NCBI GenBank assembly: GCA_963776245.1
Contig: CAVZLN010000003.1
Location: 64,001 to 128,000, forward strand
DNA length: 64,000 nucleotides
From: Candidatus Eiseniibacteriota bacterium
GTDB taxonomy: Bacteria; Eisenbacteria; RBG-16-71-46
Reading direction: 5' to 3'
Below the pieces are notes generated by a model. It searched no databases and was not told the origin of the DNA. It was given only the letters and a program-made list of their open reading frames with translations. This document shows, piece by piece, positions 19,788 to 28,764 of the stretch. The position numbers were made by a program, and so were the translations under genes. Positions within the stretch are counted from its first letter, which is position 1. Every line of letters begins with the position of its first letter.

Positions 19788-22554
19788 CGAGCGCGAGCCT
19801 CCATTGGGCACCGGGACCGAAGTTCGACGGGTCGAGGATGTCCTTGGTGTACGTGTAGTCCTGGTTCCCGAGCCGGTTCGAGGGGTCGGAGGGGTCGTAC
19901 GAGCCCACGCCCCAGATGCGCGCCTGGCCGGTCTTGGGATCGATGCGGTTGACGAGCAGGTTGCTGAAGATGTTGGTGCCCGCCAGGCTCAGGTCGTACC
20001 GGCGCCCGCCCGCGCGGAACCAGCGATTGAGCCGCAGGTCGGTGGTGACCTGGAACGGGCCGTTCCCCGAGTAGGGCTCCGCGGCCTGCGACAGCCCCGA
20101 GGAGGACGGCGTGTACGCGCGCCCCGAGGTGCCCTGGATGTAGAGGTTGAGCCCGGTCCGCTTCGCCCACCACAGCCCGTCCGGCGTCTCCTGGTCGAAG
20201 CGCGCGTCGAGATTGAGGGCCAGCTTGTGCGGCCGGTTCCAGCTCATGAAGACCTGCGAGAGCCGCGCCTCGGTCGCGCTGCTGGTGCTCGACGAGACCA
20301 CGCCCTGGTCGTTCGGGTCGCTGCTCTTGCCCTTGGTCTGCTGGAACGTGTACGTGACCTTGCCCGACCAGTACTGGCTGCGGCGCTTCTCGAGCACGAT
20401 CTCGAAGCCCTTGGCGCGCGCGAAGTGGCCGTTCAGGTAGACGTAGAACGGCGCCAGGCTCCGGCCCCCGGTGGGCTGGAACCGGACCGAGCTCGGGTAG
20501 TCGTAGAGGTCCTTCACGAAGAAGGTCACGTTCGCCGCGGCGCTGCGCGCGAACTGGTGCTTCCCGCCGACCTCGTAGTTGACCGCCACCTGGGGATTCA
20601 GGTTCGGATTGCCGAGCCTCGGGAACGACTCGCTCGAGCGCGACGACAGCTTCCAGAACACGTACTGGTAGGCCGGGATCTGGGTGAACTGCCCGTAGTT
20701 GAAGAAGAAGCTGCTGTTCTCGGTGATCGGGTGCGCCACGATCACGCGCGGCGCGAGCTTGAGCTTGTAGCGCCGGCCGAAGAACGAGTGCGTGGTGGAG
20801 TAGAACTGCGACCGGGTCTCCGGGGTGACGTTCTCGTTGGTCGAGTCCGCGAGCGCGCGCTCGCCCTCGCGTCCGAGGAACCAATAGTCCCCGCGCAATC
20901 CGACGTTCGCGGTGAAGCCCTCGTACTCGATCTTGTCCCGCAGGAAGAAGCTGCCGGTCCACGGATGCGTGCGCCACAGGTCGTGCACGTCCCCGAGGTT
21001 GTTGGGGTCGGCGACCCACGGCCGCTGGATCGTCATGCTCTGCACGGTCTGCAGCTGATGGTCGAACCCGACCTCGATCTCGTTGCGCCGGAGCCGCTGC
21101 ACCAGCGTCCACTGCAGGTCGTAGCTCTGGGTGCGCAGGTCCGACCACTCGTCGGCGTCCCCGCTCCGGATGAAGAAGCTGTCGGCCGCCTGGGGCACCG
21201 GCTCGTCGTACTGGTCCCACCGCTTGCCCAGCACGTCCTGGCGCTGGGCGTAGAAGTAGCGCGACAGCTGGAGCTCGGAGTAGGCCGTGGTCGAGAACGT
21301 GCGGCGCCACTCGATGGACTCCGTGGTGTTGTCCTCGAAGTAGGTCGGAGCGTGCTCGATGCGTTGCGCCCAGGCCCACGGATACGCCGGGTCGCCCTTG
21401 TCCCCCGAGGCATTGAGGAACGACCGCGTGAAGCCCTGGTCGATGGAGATGCGCTTGGAGAAGTCGATCGCGACCTTGTCGCGCGGGTTCGGCTTCCACG
21501 TCAGCCCGTAGCGGGCCGACCAGCGGTTGTCGGCCGAGGGCGAGAAGAACGACCCGTAGCGGAAGCGCTTGGTGAAGAACACGTCCTCGTAGGACGACCG
21601 CAGCGCGCGGGCCGGCGGCATCCGCAGCATGTAGCCGAGCGGGCCGGCGTCGGAGCGGCCGAGATACGAGTAGCGCGTCTGCGCGAGTGAGCTGGTCACG
21701 TCGAGCACCGAGGTCACCGAGCCCGGCAGCGGGAGGCCGATCAGGCGCAGCAGGGGCTGCCACGCCGGGTCGGGACCGCTCAGCAGGAGCTGCCAGGCGC
21801 GACCGCCGTACGAGCCGGCGGTGGTGGTGACGCCGCCCGCGAACTTGTCGGAGCCTTCCTTGAGCTTGATCTCGATCACGCCCGAGAGCGCGTTCCCGAA
21901 GCGCACGTCGTAGGCCCCGGTGGCGACGTTGACCTCCGCCACCGAGCGCGCCGGCAACTGGCCGGCGGTGGACTGGCCGGTGACCAGGTCGCGGTTGGTG
22001 ACGCCGTTGACCACGAAGATGGTCTCGTCCGCGCGCCCGCCCCGCACGTGCAACTGATCGTTGTCGTTGCTGACTCCGGCCTGCTGCTGGAGCACGTCGC
22101 CGATGGTCTGCACCGGCAGGTTGCGGATCTCGCCGGCGGTGACGCTGCGGATGGTGGCGCCCTGGCGGGCCTCGACCAGCCGGCGCTCGGCGGTGACCTC
22201 GATGACCTTCTCCTGCTGGACCACGACCTCTTCGAGCGCGAAGTTCACGGTGGTGGGCCGGCCCGCCGCGACCACGACGCCGGTGCGCGTCTCCAGCCGG
22301 TAGCCAAGGAACTGCACGCGCACGTCGTACGTCCCGGGCGCGAGGCCGGCGATGAGGAACTGGCCTTCGGAGTCGGTCAGGCCGCCCTTGGGGACGCCCA
22401 CGATCGAGACGGTCGCGAACGCGAGCGCGTGCCCGCTGCGCTTGTCGGTCACGCGGCCGGACACACCGCCTTTGTCCTGCGCCACGGCGGCGGTGGCGAG
22501 GATCGAGGACGAGAGCAGCAAGATGAGCGTGAAGACGCGCATCGGTCGTCTCAT
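19774..22554 (-). CDS. TonB-dependent receptor with carboxypeptidase-regulatory-like N-domain
   Basis: Signal peptide; GRVTD...TDSEGQF; plug HVRGGRADE...FGNALSGVI; GNPNLNPQ..NYEVG; terminal Phe. Confidence 0.92.
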   Translation of the reverse strand: MRRPMRVFTLILLLSSSILATAAVAQDKGGVSGRVTDKRSGHALAFATVSIVGVPKGGLTDSEGQFLIAGLAPGTYDVRVQFLGYRLETRTGVVVAAGRPTTVNFALEEVVVQQEKVIEVTAERRLVEARQGATIRSVTAGEIRNLPVQTIGDVLQQQAGVSNDNDQLHVRGGRADETIFVVNGVTNRDLVTGQSTAGQLPARSVAEVNVATGAYDVRFGNALSGVIEIKLKEGSDKFAGGVTTTAGSYGGRAWQLLLSGPDPAWQPLLRLIGLPLPGSVTSVLDVTSSLAQTRYSYLGRSDAGPLGYMLRMPPARALRSSYEDVFFTKRFRYGSFFSPSADNRWSARYGLTWKPNPRDKVAIDFSKRISIDQGFTRSFLNASGDKGDPAYPWAWAQRIEHAPTYFEDNTTESIEWRRTFSTTAYSELQLSRYFYAQRQDVLGKRWDQYDEPVPQAADSFFIRSGDADEWSDLRTQSYDLQWTLVQRLRRNEIEVGFDHQLQTVQSMTIQRPWVADPNNLGDVHDLWRTHPWTGSFFLRDKIEYEGFTANVGLRGDYWFLGREGERALADSTNENVTPETRSQFYSTTHSFFGRRYKLKLAPRVIVAHPITENSSFFFNYGQFTQIPAYQYVFWKLSSRSSESFPRLGNPNLNPQVAVNYEVGGKHQFARSAAANVTFFVKDLYDYPSSVRFQPTGGRSLAPFYVYLNGHFARAKGFEIVLEKRRSQYWSGKVTYTFQQTKGKSSDPNDQGVVSSSTSSATEARLSQVFMSWNRPHKLALNLDARFDQETPDGLWWAKRTGLNLYIQGTSGRAYTPSSSGLSQAAEPYSGNGPFQVTTDLRLNRWFRAGGRRYDLSLAGTNIFSNLLVNRIDPKTGQARIWGVGSYDPSDPSNRLGNQDYTYTKDILDPSNFGPGAQWRLALDVDF

Positions 22555-22693
22555 GTCAGGTCGCAGAAGGTTGGGCCGTGAGGGAGCGCGAACCCTACGG
22601 GGCGCACGTCCCGGGGTCAAGTCGCCTGCTCCCACGCGGATGCGTGGGAGCGCCGCGGCGGGTTCCGCGGCCGGCGGGCGCCGGTCGCGCGGG

Positions 22694-24706
22694 TCAGAAC
22701 GATTCACGGTCCGATTTCACGATCAGGAACTTCCCCTGCGTGGTGCGCCCGCGATCGAGGTCCTCGACGGAGTACAGGTAGAGCCCGGTCGCCGCGGCCT
22801 GCCCGTGGCGGGTGATGAGGTTCCAGGCGAAGGCGCTGCCCGAGAGGGTCGGTGGCCCGGTGTCGCGGTCCTGGGCCGGGTCGTAGAGCCCGCGCGCCCC
22901 GCCCCCGCGGTAGGTCTCGCCATCGAACCGGGTCGCGAACACCAGGTCGCCGGACAGCGTGTAGATGTTCAACACGCAGTGCTTCGGCAGGTTGGCGAAC
23001 CACAGGTAGTGGTCGCGCGCCTGCGCGCCGCGGTCCCAGCGCGCCTCCACGCGGTACGGATTCGGGTACACGGTGACCCCGTCCCGGCGGTCGCCCGGCA
23101 CCGGGTTGGGCACCACCATGAACTTGTTCTGAGAGATGCCGCTCTCGAGGCTCGGCGTCTGCGTGTCCCCGGTGTCGTACGAACGCACCGCGCCCCAGTA
23201 CGCGAAGCCGTCGCGGAGCCCCTCGACGCGATAGTGATAGCGGTAGGTCACGGTATCGACGACCAGCGGCGTGGGGGCGAGGGCGGGCGAGAGCCCGGTG
23301 TTGAAGCCGGTGGAGTCCACCTTGTCGAATTGCGCCACGCGCACCAGGTCCTGGCGGTCGCTCGAGAGATAGACCCGGTAGCCCTCGAAGTCGAGCCCGC
23401 CCGGCATCTGGCTGGTGGGATCGGGCACCGACTCGGGCGAGTCGTCCCAGTAGATGTCCGCGAACCGCTCGCCGGCCTCGACGTGCACCCGCGGCGAGGG
23501 CGGCGGCGCGGGCAGGCGGTAGCCGATGTCGTAGGCGAACTGCGCGTAGTCCGCGTTGGTGAGGAGCGCGGCGTCGGTGGCCGTGAGCGTCGCGGGATCG
23601 CTCTGCCCGCCCACGAACGCGTAGTCCACGGTGATCGAGTCGCCGGCGAGGATCTGCCGGAACGGGCCGACCGACAGCACCATGATGGGCGAGCACCCGG
23701 CGCCCGGGATGCAGTCGCGCGGGTCCTCGTGGGTGCTGTCGGCGAGGATGCGGTAGCGCCGCGCGTCGGTGCTGCGCGCGGTGTCGCCGGGACTGTACGA
23801 CCACCAGTGCAGCCCCACCGTGCGCCCGACCAGCTCCCCCGGCGTGGCGCCCAGCAGCTTCACCCCGGCCCACGGCGGGCAGTAGGCCAGGTCGCAGCCG
23901 CCCGGCATCGGCAGCGCGCGACAGAAGCGCTCCTTGTAGAGCCGGCGCGTGGAGTCGTACTCGGCGTAGGTGTTGTAGTACCAGGACCCCGGCCCGGAGG
24001 TGGCCGACGGAGGCCAGGTCGGATAGGCGTTCTTGCTGCCGCTCACCAGCTGCGCGTAGAGCCCCACGTACACGTCCTGGAGCGGCGGGCCTTCGTTCAC
24101 GATCGTGAACCGGACCGCCACGAACGCGTCGGCCGCCTCGAGCGAGAACGAGAGCGCGCGCTGGCGCACCAGGATCCGCAGCGGCGTGTGGGGCTCGCTC
24201 TGGTAGCCCGAGGAGGCCTTCGCGGGCTGGTCGCGGTACACCGAGAGGAGGTCCTCGTCCGAGATCGCGTCAATCGAGTAGACCTTGCTGGTCGCGATGC
24301 GTGAGAGCCGCACGATCTCGTCGGCCGCGGGGGTGAACTCGGTCTCCGAGGCCCCGCCCTGGCCCTGGGCGTTGTCCACCACGGCGCTCGAGACCGCGGT
24401 GTAGAACACCCCGCGGTCGGGATCGAAGGCGCGCCCTCCCACCCACAGCCCGCCGCGCGCCATGTGCTCGTAGCCGGTGCCGAGCGGGAACTCGAACGAC
24501 GGCGAGCGCGACCCGAAGTTGTTCCCGAAGAAGCCGTAGTTCGAGACCGTCAGCCCGACCTGGTTCATGCCGCTCGGGGTGACCGCGTAGACCGGGCCGG
24601 CCTGGGGCCCGGCGCGCGCCGTCTGCGGCGCCCCGGGGGCGGCGATCGCCACCGCCAGCGCCAGCCCGGCGAGGCCCATCCCACGTCCGGCGGTCATGCG
24701 CGCCAC
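22694..24706 (-). CDS. Exported protein with C-terminal T9SS-like CTD (paralog A)
   Basis: Aligns by eye along its length with 15551..17629; ends GKFLIVKSDRESF. Confidence 0.8.
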   Translation of the reverse strand: MARMTAGRGMGLAGLALAVAIAAPGAPQTARAGPQAGPVYAVTPSGMNQVGLTVSNYGFFGNNFGSRSPSFEFPLGTGYEHMARGGLWVGGRAFDPDRGVFYTAVSSAVVDNAQGQGGASETEFTPAADEIVRLSRIATSKVYSIDAISDEDLLSVYRDQPAKASSGYQSEPHTPLRILVRQRALSFSLEAADAFVAVRFTIVNEGPPLQDVYVGLYAQLVSGSKNAYPTWPPSATSGPGSWYYNTYAEYDSTRRLYKERFCRALPMPGGCDLAYCPPWAGVKLLGATPGELVGRTVGLHWWSYSPGDTARSTDARRYRILADSTHEDPRDCIPGAGCSPIMVLSVGPFRQILAGDSITVDYAFVGGQSDPATLTATDAALLTNADYAQFAYDIGYRLPAPPPSPRVHVEAGERFADIYWDDSPESVPDPTSQMPGGLDFEGYRVYLSSDRQDLVRVAQFDKVDSTGFNTGLSPALAPTPLVVDTVTYRYHYRVEGLRDGFAYWGAVRSYDTGDTQTPSLESGISQNKFMVVPNPVPGDRRDGVTVYPNPYRVEARWDRGAQARDHYLWFANLPKHCVLNIYTLSGDLVFATRFDGETYRGGGARGLYDPAQDRDTGPPTLSGSAFAWNLITRHGQAAATGLYLYSVEDLDRGRTTQGKFLIVKSDRESF

Positions 24707-25783
24707 CTACATGCTCGTGATGCGGCGGTCGTACTCGTCCGGGTACTCGTCCATGAAGATCCGGTCGATCTCGAGATTGACCTCGCGCAGCATGCGGGCC
24801 TTCTGGGCGTACGGCAGGAAGGACGACTTGAACCCGTTGATGACGATGCGCTTGATCTCGTAGGGCGTGAGCCGGAACGCGCGCGCCGCCAGGTAGATCT
24901 CCTGCGACACGGTGGTGTTCGAGACCAGCCGGCTGTCGGTGTTGAGCGTCACCCGCAGCCCCTGGCGGAAGTAGAAGCCGAACGGGTGCTCGCGCAGGCT
25001 GCGCACCGCGCGCGTCTGCACGTTCGACGAGACGCACATCTCGAGCGGGATGCGGTGGTCGTTGACGTAGCGCATCAGGTCCGGGTCCTCGCGCAGCCGG
25101 GTGCCGTGGCCGATGCGGTGCGCCCCGCAATAGTGGAGCGCCTGCGAGATGCTCGCGGGGCCGAACGCCTCGCCCGCGTGCACCGTGCTGTTGATGTTCT
25201 TCTTGAGGATGAGCTGGAACGCGTCGCGGTGGGCCTTGGCGGGGTAGTCCTTCTCCTGTCCGGCGAGGTCGAACGCGAGCACGCCCTTGCCCTTGTAGGC
25301 CACCGCCAGCTCGGCGAGCTCGAGCGAGACCTTGGGGTCCATCGAGCGGATGCCGCAGATGATCACGCCGGTCGACGCGCGGTACTTGGTGCCCGCGTCC
25401 TTGAGGCCGGCGATCACCGGATCCACGATGTCGTCGAACTTCAGCTTGCGCTTGCGGTGCAGGATCGGCGAGAAGCGCACCTCGAGGTGGCGCACGCCCT
25501 CGGCCGCGGCGTCCTCGGCCAGCTCGTACGCGATGCGGTAGAGCGCCTCCTTCTCCTGCATCACGCTCAGCGTGTGGTCGAAGATCCGGAGGTAGTCGGC
25601 GAGATTGCGGGTGCGCGAGCCCGCCTGCAGCCAGTGGGTCACGCGCCGCTTGCCGGCCACCGGCAGCTTCAGCCCCTGGGCGGTCGCCAGCTCGAGGAAC
25701 GTGGACGGCCGCAGCGAGCCGTCGAGGTGGCAGTGGATGTCGGTCTTGGGGAGCCGCTGGATGACGCGATGGGAGAGTCTCAT
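24707..25783 (-). CDS. add: Adenosine deaminase
   Basis: PKTDIHCHLDGS, HAGEA, RIGHG, LNTD motifs. Confidence 0.95.
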   Translation of the reverse strand: MRLSHRVIQRLPKTDIHCHLDGSLRPSTFLELATAQGLKLPVAGKRRVTHWLQAGSRTRNLADYLRIFDHTLSVMQEKEALYRIAYELAEDAAAEGVRHLEVRFSPILHRKRKLKFDDIVDPVIAGLKDAGTKYRASTGVIICGIRSMDPKVSLELAELAVAYKGKGVLAFDLAGQEKDYPAKAHRDAFQLILKKNINSTVHAGEAFGPASISQALHYCGAHRIGHGTRLREDPDLMRYVNDHRIPLEMCVSSNVQTRAVRSLREHPFGFYFRQGLRVTLNTDSRLVSNTTVSQEIYLAARAFRLTPYEIKRIVINGFKSSFLPYAQKARMLREVNLEIDRIFMDEYPDEYDRRITSM

Positions 25784-25834
25784 GGGCCTCGTCTATCGCG
25801 GCGCCGCGGGGCGTCGCGCCGGGCGCCCGGCGGC

Positions 25835-26392
25835 CTAGCGGCCGCGCTCGAGCGCCATGATCTTCTGCACGCGGCGCTCGTGACGGCCGCCGCCGAACGG
25901 AGTCGTGAGGAACAGCTTCACCAGCCGCTGCGCCAGCCCGCGGTTCACCACCTTGGCACCCAGCGCCATGACGTTGGCGTCGTTGTGCTCGCGGCTGTTG
26001 AGCGCGGTGGCGTCGTCGTGGCAGAGCGCGCAGCGGGCGCCCGGCACCTTGTTGGCCGCCATGGTCGAGCCGATGCCCGCGGCGTCCACCACCACGCCGC
26101 GCGCGCAGCGGCCCGCGGCCACCTCGCGCGCGACGGCCGCCGCGATGTCCGGGTAGTCCACCGCGTCGGTGGACCACGTGCCGCAATCGTGCACCGTCCA
26201 GCCGAGCTCGTCCTCGATGTAGCGCTTGAGGATCTCCTTGAGCGGGTACCCGCCGTGGTCGCCGCCGAGGGCGACGCGGCGCGCGGCGCCGGCCGGGGGC
26301 CCGGCAGGCGCTTTCGCCTCCTCCGGGCCGAGGGTGCGGTCCACCACCTCGCGCACCAGGCGGCGCACGTCGGACTCGTCGAGTTGGGACAT
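25835..26392 (-). CDS. rpiB: Ribose-5-phosphate isomerase B with N-terminal extension
   Basis: GGDHGG, VDYPD, ANKVPGARCA, REHNDANV, GGRHERRV. Confidence 0.93.
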   Translation of the reverse strand: MSQLDESDVRRLVREVVDRTLGPEEAKAPAGPPAGAARRVALGGDHGGYPLKEILKRYIEDELGWTVHDCGTWSTDAVDYPDIAAAVAREVAAGRCARGVVVDAAGIGSTMAANKVPGARCALCHDDATALNSREHNDANVMALGAKVVNRGLAQRLVKLFLTTPFGGGRHERRVQKIMALERGR

Positions 26393-26401
26393 GGTCGGCG
26401 G

Positions 26402-26431
26402 AGTCTAGGGACCGGCGCCGAGTGCGGTCAA
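26402..26431 (-). promoter_or_regulatory. Sigma70-type promoter for rpiB-add-TBDT operon (near-leaderless)
   Basis: TTGACC-N18-TAGACT, 9 nt upstream of ATG. Confidence 0.7.
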
Positions 26432-26565
26432 GGCGCACACCCGACCGCGACCGCGACCGGCCGGCGCGCACCCGGCGTGCGCGCGGACCCCGCGCCGCGC
26501 TACAATCGGCGCCCGTGATCGCGTGTTCCGGCTCCCCGGGGCACCCGCCTTCTCCAGGAGACCCC

Positions 26566-27933
26566 GTGAACCGCACCCTCCCGCGCTGGACCGCCACCGC
26601 CGCTGCCGCCGCCGCGCTCCTGCTGGCGAGCGGGCCGGTCGCCTCGGCCGCTCCCACCGTGCTCGACGACAGCACCCGGGTCGAGCAATGGACGCTGGCC
26701 AACGGCCTGCGCGTGGCCACCCGCCACGTTCCGGGAGCCTCGAGCGTGGCGATCACGCTCGCCTTCGGCACCGGCACCGCCGCGGATCCACCGGGGCGCG
26801 AAGGGCTCGCGCGACTGCTGGCCGAGACCTGGTTCACGGCGGCTGCCGGCGAGATCCCCGAGCGCACGCACGCCGAGATGGCGAGCCTGCGCCCGCTGGG
26901 CTGGACGGTGAAGGCCCTGCCGCGCGTCAGCCTGTTCGTCGAGGTCGCCAGCGTGCAGCAGTTCCCCGGCGTGCTCCACCAGACCGCGGTGCGCATGCGC
27001 GGCGTGCGCGTCACCGCCAAGGAGGCCCGGGCCGCGCTCGCGAGCGCCCGCGAGGACCTGAGCGCCGCGACCGTGAACCCGGATGGGCTGGCCTGGCTGC
27101 TGCTGCGCGCGATCGCGGCCGGCGCCGACAGCGCCACGCTGCGGCGGATCGTCGAGGGCGGAACGCTGGCGGCCGTCGCCCCGCGCGACCTCGAGCGCCT
27201 GCTCCGTGAGCGATTCGTCCCGGCCAACGCGGTGCTGAGCCTGGCCGGCGACCTCGGCGAGGTCGGTCTGCACCCGTTGATCGAACGCGAGTTCGGCGGG
27301 CTCGCCGCCGGCCCGGCGCCCGCCCGGTCCCCCGACACGCTGCGGCCCGCCGTCGCCACCTGGGCGCTGCCCGGGCTCTCCGGGCCCGCGGGCGTGCTGG
27401 GCGTGATCGCCCCGGCGATCACCGACTCCCTCCATCCCGAGTTCTTCCTCTCCATGCTCGTGATCGGTTCGCGCGCGCGTGAGGTGTGGGGCGATCCGGC
27501 GCCCCCCTTCACCCACCGCTTCACCTACTCGCTGTTCGAGGACCCCGATCTGGTGCGGTTCTTCCCGCCGATGGACGCCGAGCAGGGCGACACCACGTGG
27601 CTGGCGGCCCGCCTCGAGGAGATCCTGGTGCCGATGTCGCGCGCGGACGTGTCCGCCGAGACGTTCGACGGGCTCAAGCGCGGCGTGTCCTGGATGCTGG
27701 GCGGGCCGATGGCGGAGAACCTCGCGCCGCGCGCGCGCACCGACGTGGGGCTGATCGCCAACCTCTCGACCAGCGCGGCGATGCGGGAGCTGTGGCAGCC
27801 CGAGAGCTTCTGGGCGGACTACCGCAGGCGATTCGACTCCATCGCGACCGTCCCGATCGGACCGTGGTGCCGGTACGCGCTCGACCCCGAGCGCGAGGTG
27901 CGACTGGCGCTGACCGCCCGCGGGAGCCGCTGA
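26566..27933 (+). CDS. Exported M16/insulinase-like protein lacking HXXEH
   Basis: TLANGLRV, G...DP.G..GLA, F.PANAVL..AGD; RLLAE replaces HxxEH; AGGAG RBS before GTG. Confidence 0.75.
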   Translation: MNRTLPRWTATAAAAAALLLASGPVASAAPTVLDDSTRVEQWTLANGLRVATRHVPGASSVAITLAFGTGTAADPPGREGLARLLAETWFTAAAGEIPERTHAEMASLRPLGWTVKALPRVSLFVEVASVQQFPGVLHQTAVRMRGVRVTAKEARAALASAREDLSAATVNPDGLAWLLLRAIAAGADSATLRRIVEGGTLAAVAPRDLERLLRERFVPANAVLSLAGDLGEVGLHPLIEREFGGLAAGPAPARSPDTLRPAVATWALPGLSGPAGVLGVIAPAITDSLHPEFFLSMLVIGSRAREVWGDPAPPFTHRFTYSLFEDPDLVRFFPPMDAEQGDTTWLAARLEEILVPMSRADVSAETFDGLKRGVSWMLGGPMAENLAPRARTDVGLIANLSTSAAMRELWQPESFWADYRRRFDSIATVPIGPWCRYALDPEREVRLALTARGSR

Positions 27934-27992
27934 GCCGCGCGGAGCACCGCGGTCGTTGATTCAACCGGGTGCCGATGCTACCGTGACGTTCC

Positions 27993-28640
27993 ATGTCGCG
28001 GCGCATCCTGATCGGTATCGCGGGAGGATCCGGCTCGGGCAAGACGCTCGTCGCCCGCACCATCGTCCGCGAACTCGGGTCCGATCGGGTGGTCATCATC
28101 GATCAGGACTCGTACTACAAGAACCTCGAGGACATCCCGCTGCGGGATCGCGAGGTGCGCAACTTCGACCATCCCGACGCGTTCGACAACGAGCTGCTGG
28201 TCCGCCACATCCAGGACCTGCTCGCGGGCCAGCCGGTCGAACAGCCCATCTACGACTACGCCGAGCACCGCCGCCTCGACGAGACGCGCCACATCGGCGA
28301 CCACCACATCGTCGTGCTCGAGGGCATCCTGATCTTCCATGAGCCCGAGCTGCGCGCCCTCATGGACATCAAGCTCTTCATCGACGCCGACGCCGACATC
28401 CGCTTCATCCGCCGCCTGCGCCGCGACATCGTCGAGCGCGGGCGCTCGGTGGACAGCGTCATCCGCCAGTACGAGGAGAGCGTGCGGCCGATGCACCTGC
28501 AGTTCGTGGACCCGGCCAAGCGCTACGCCGACGTCATCATCCCCGAGGGCGGCCACAACAAGGTCGCCATCGACCTGGTGAAGACCAAGATCCGCTCGCT
28601 GCTGCGCGAGGCCGGGGTCGACACCGTGCCCGCGCGCTAG
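27993..28640 (+). CDS. udk: Uridine kinase
   Basis: GIAGGSGSGKT, QDSYYK, NFDHPDAFD, RRLRRD..ERGR. Confidence 0.96.
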   Translation: MSRRILIGIAGGSGSGKTLVARTIVRELGSDRVVIIDQDSYYKNLEDIPLRDREVRNFDHPDAFDNELLVRHIQDLLAGQPVEQPIYDYAEHRRLDETRHIGDHHIVVLEGILIFHEPELRALMDIKLFIDADADIRFIRRLRRDIVERGRSVDSVIRQYEESVRPMHLQFVDPAKRYADVIIPEGGHNKVAIDLVKTKIRSLLREAGVDTVPAR

Positions 28641-28764
28641 ACCGGCCGCCCCCGCGCGCGAATCATCTGGCGGCGCGACGGGCTCCTGAGGCACAATCAA
28701 GGCTCCTCCACGGCACTCCTCCAGGCCACGCCGCACCCGCTGCACCCGCCGACTGGAGGCCGCC

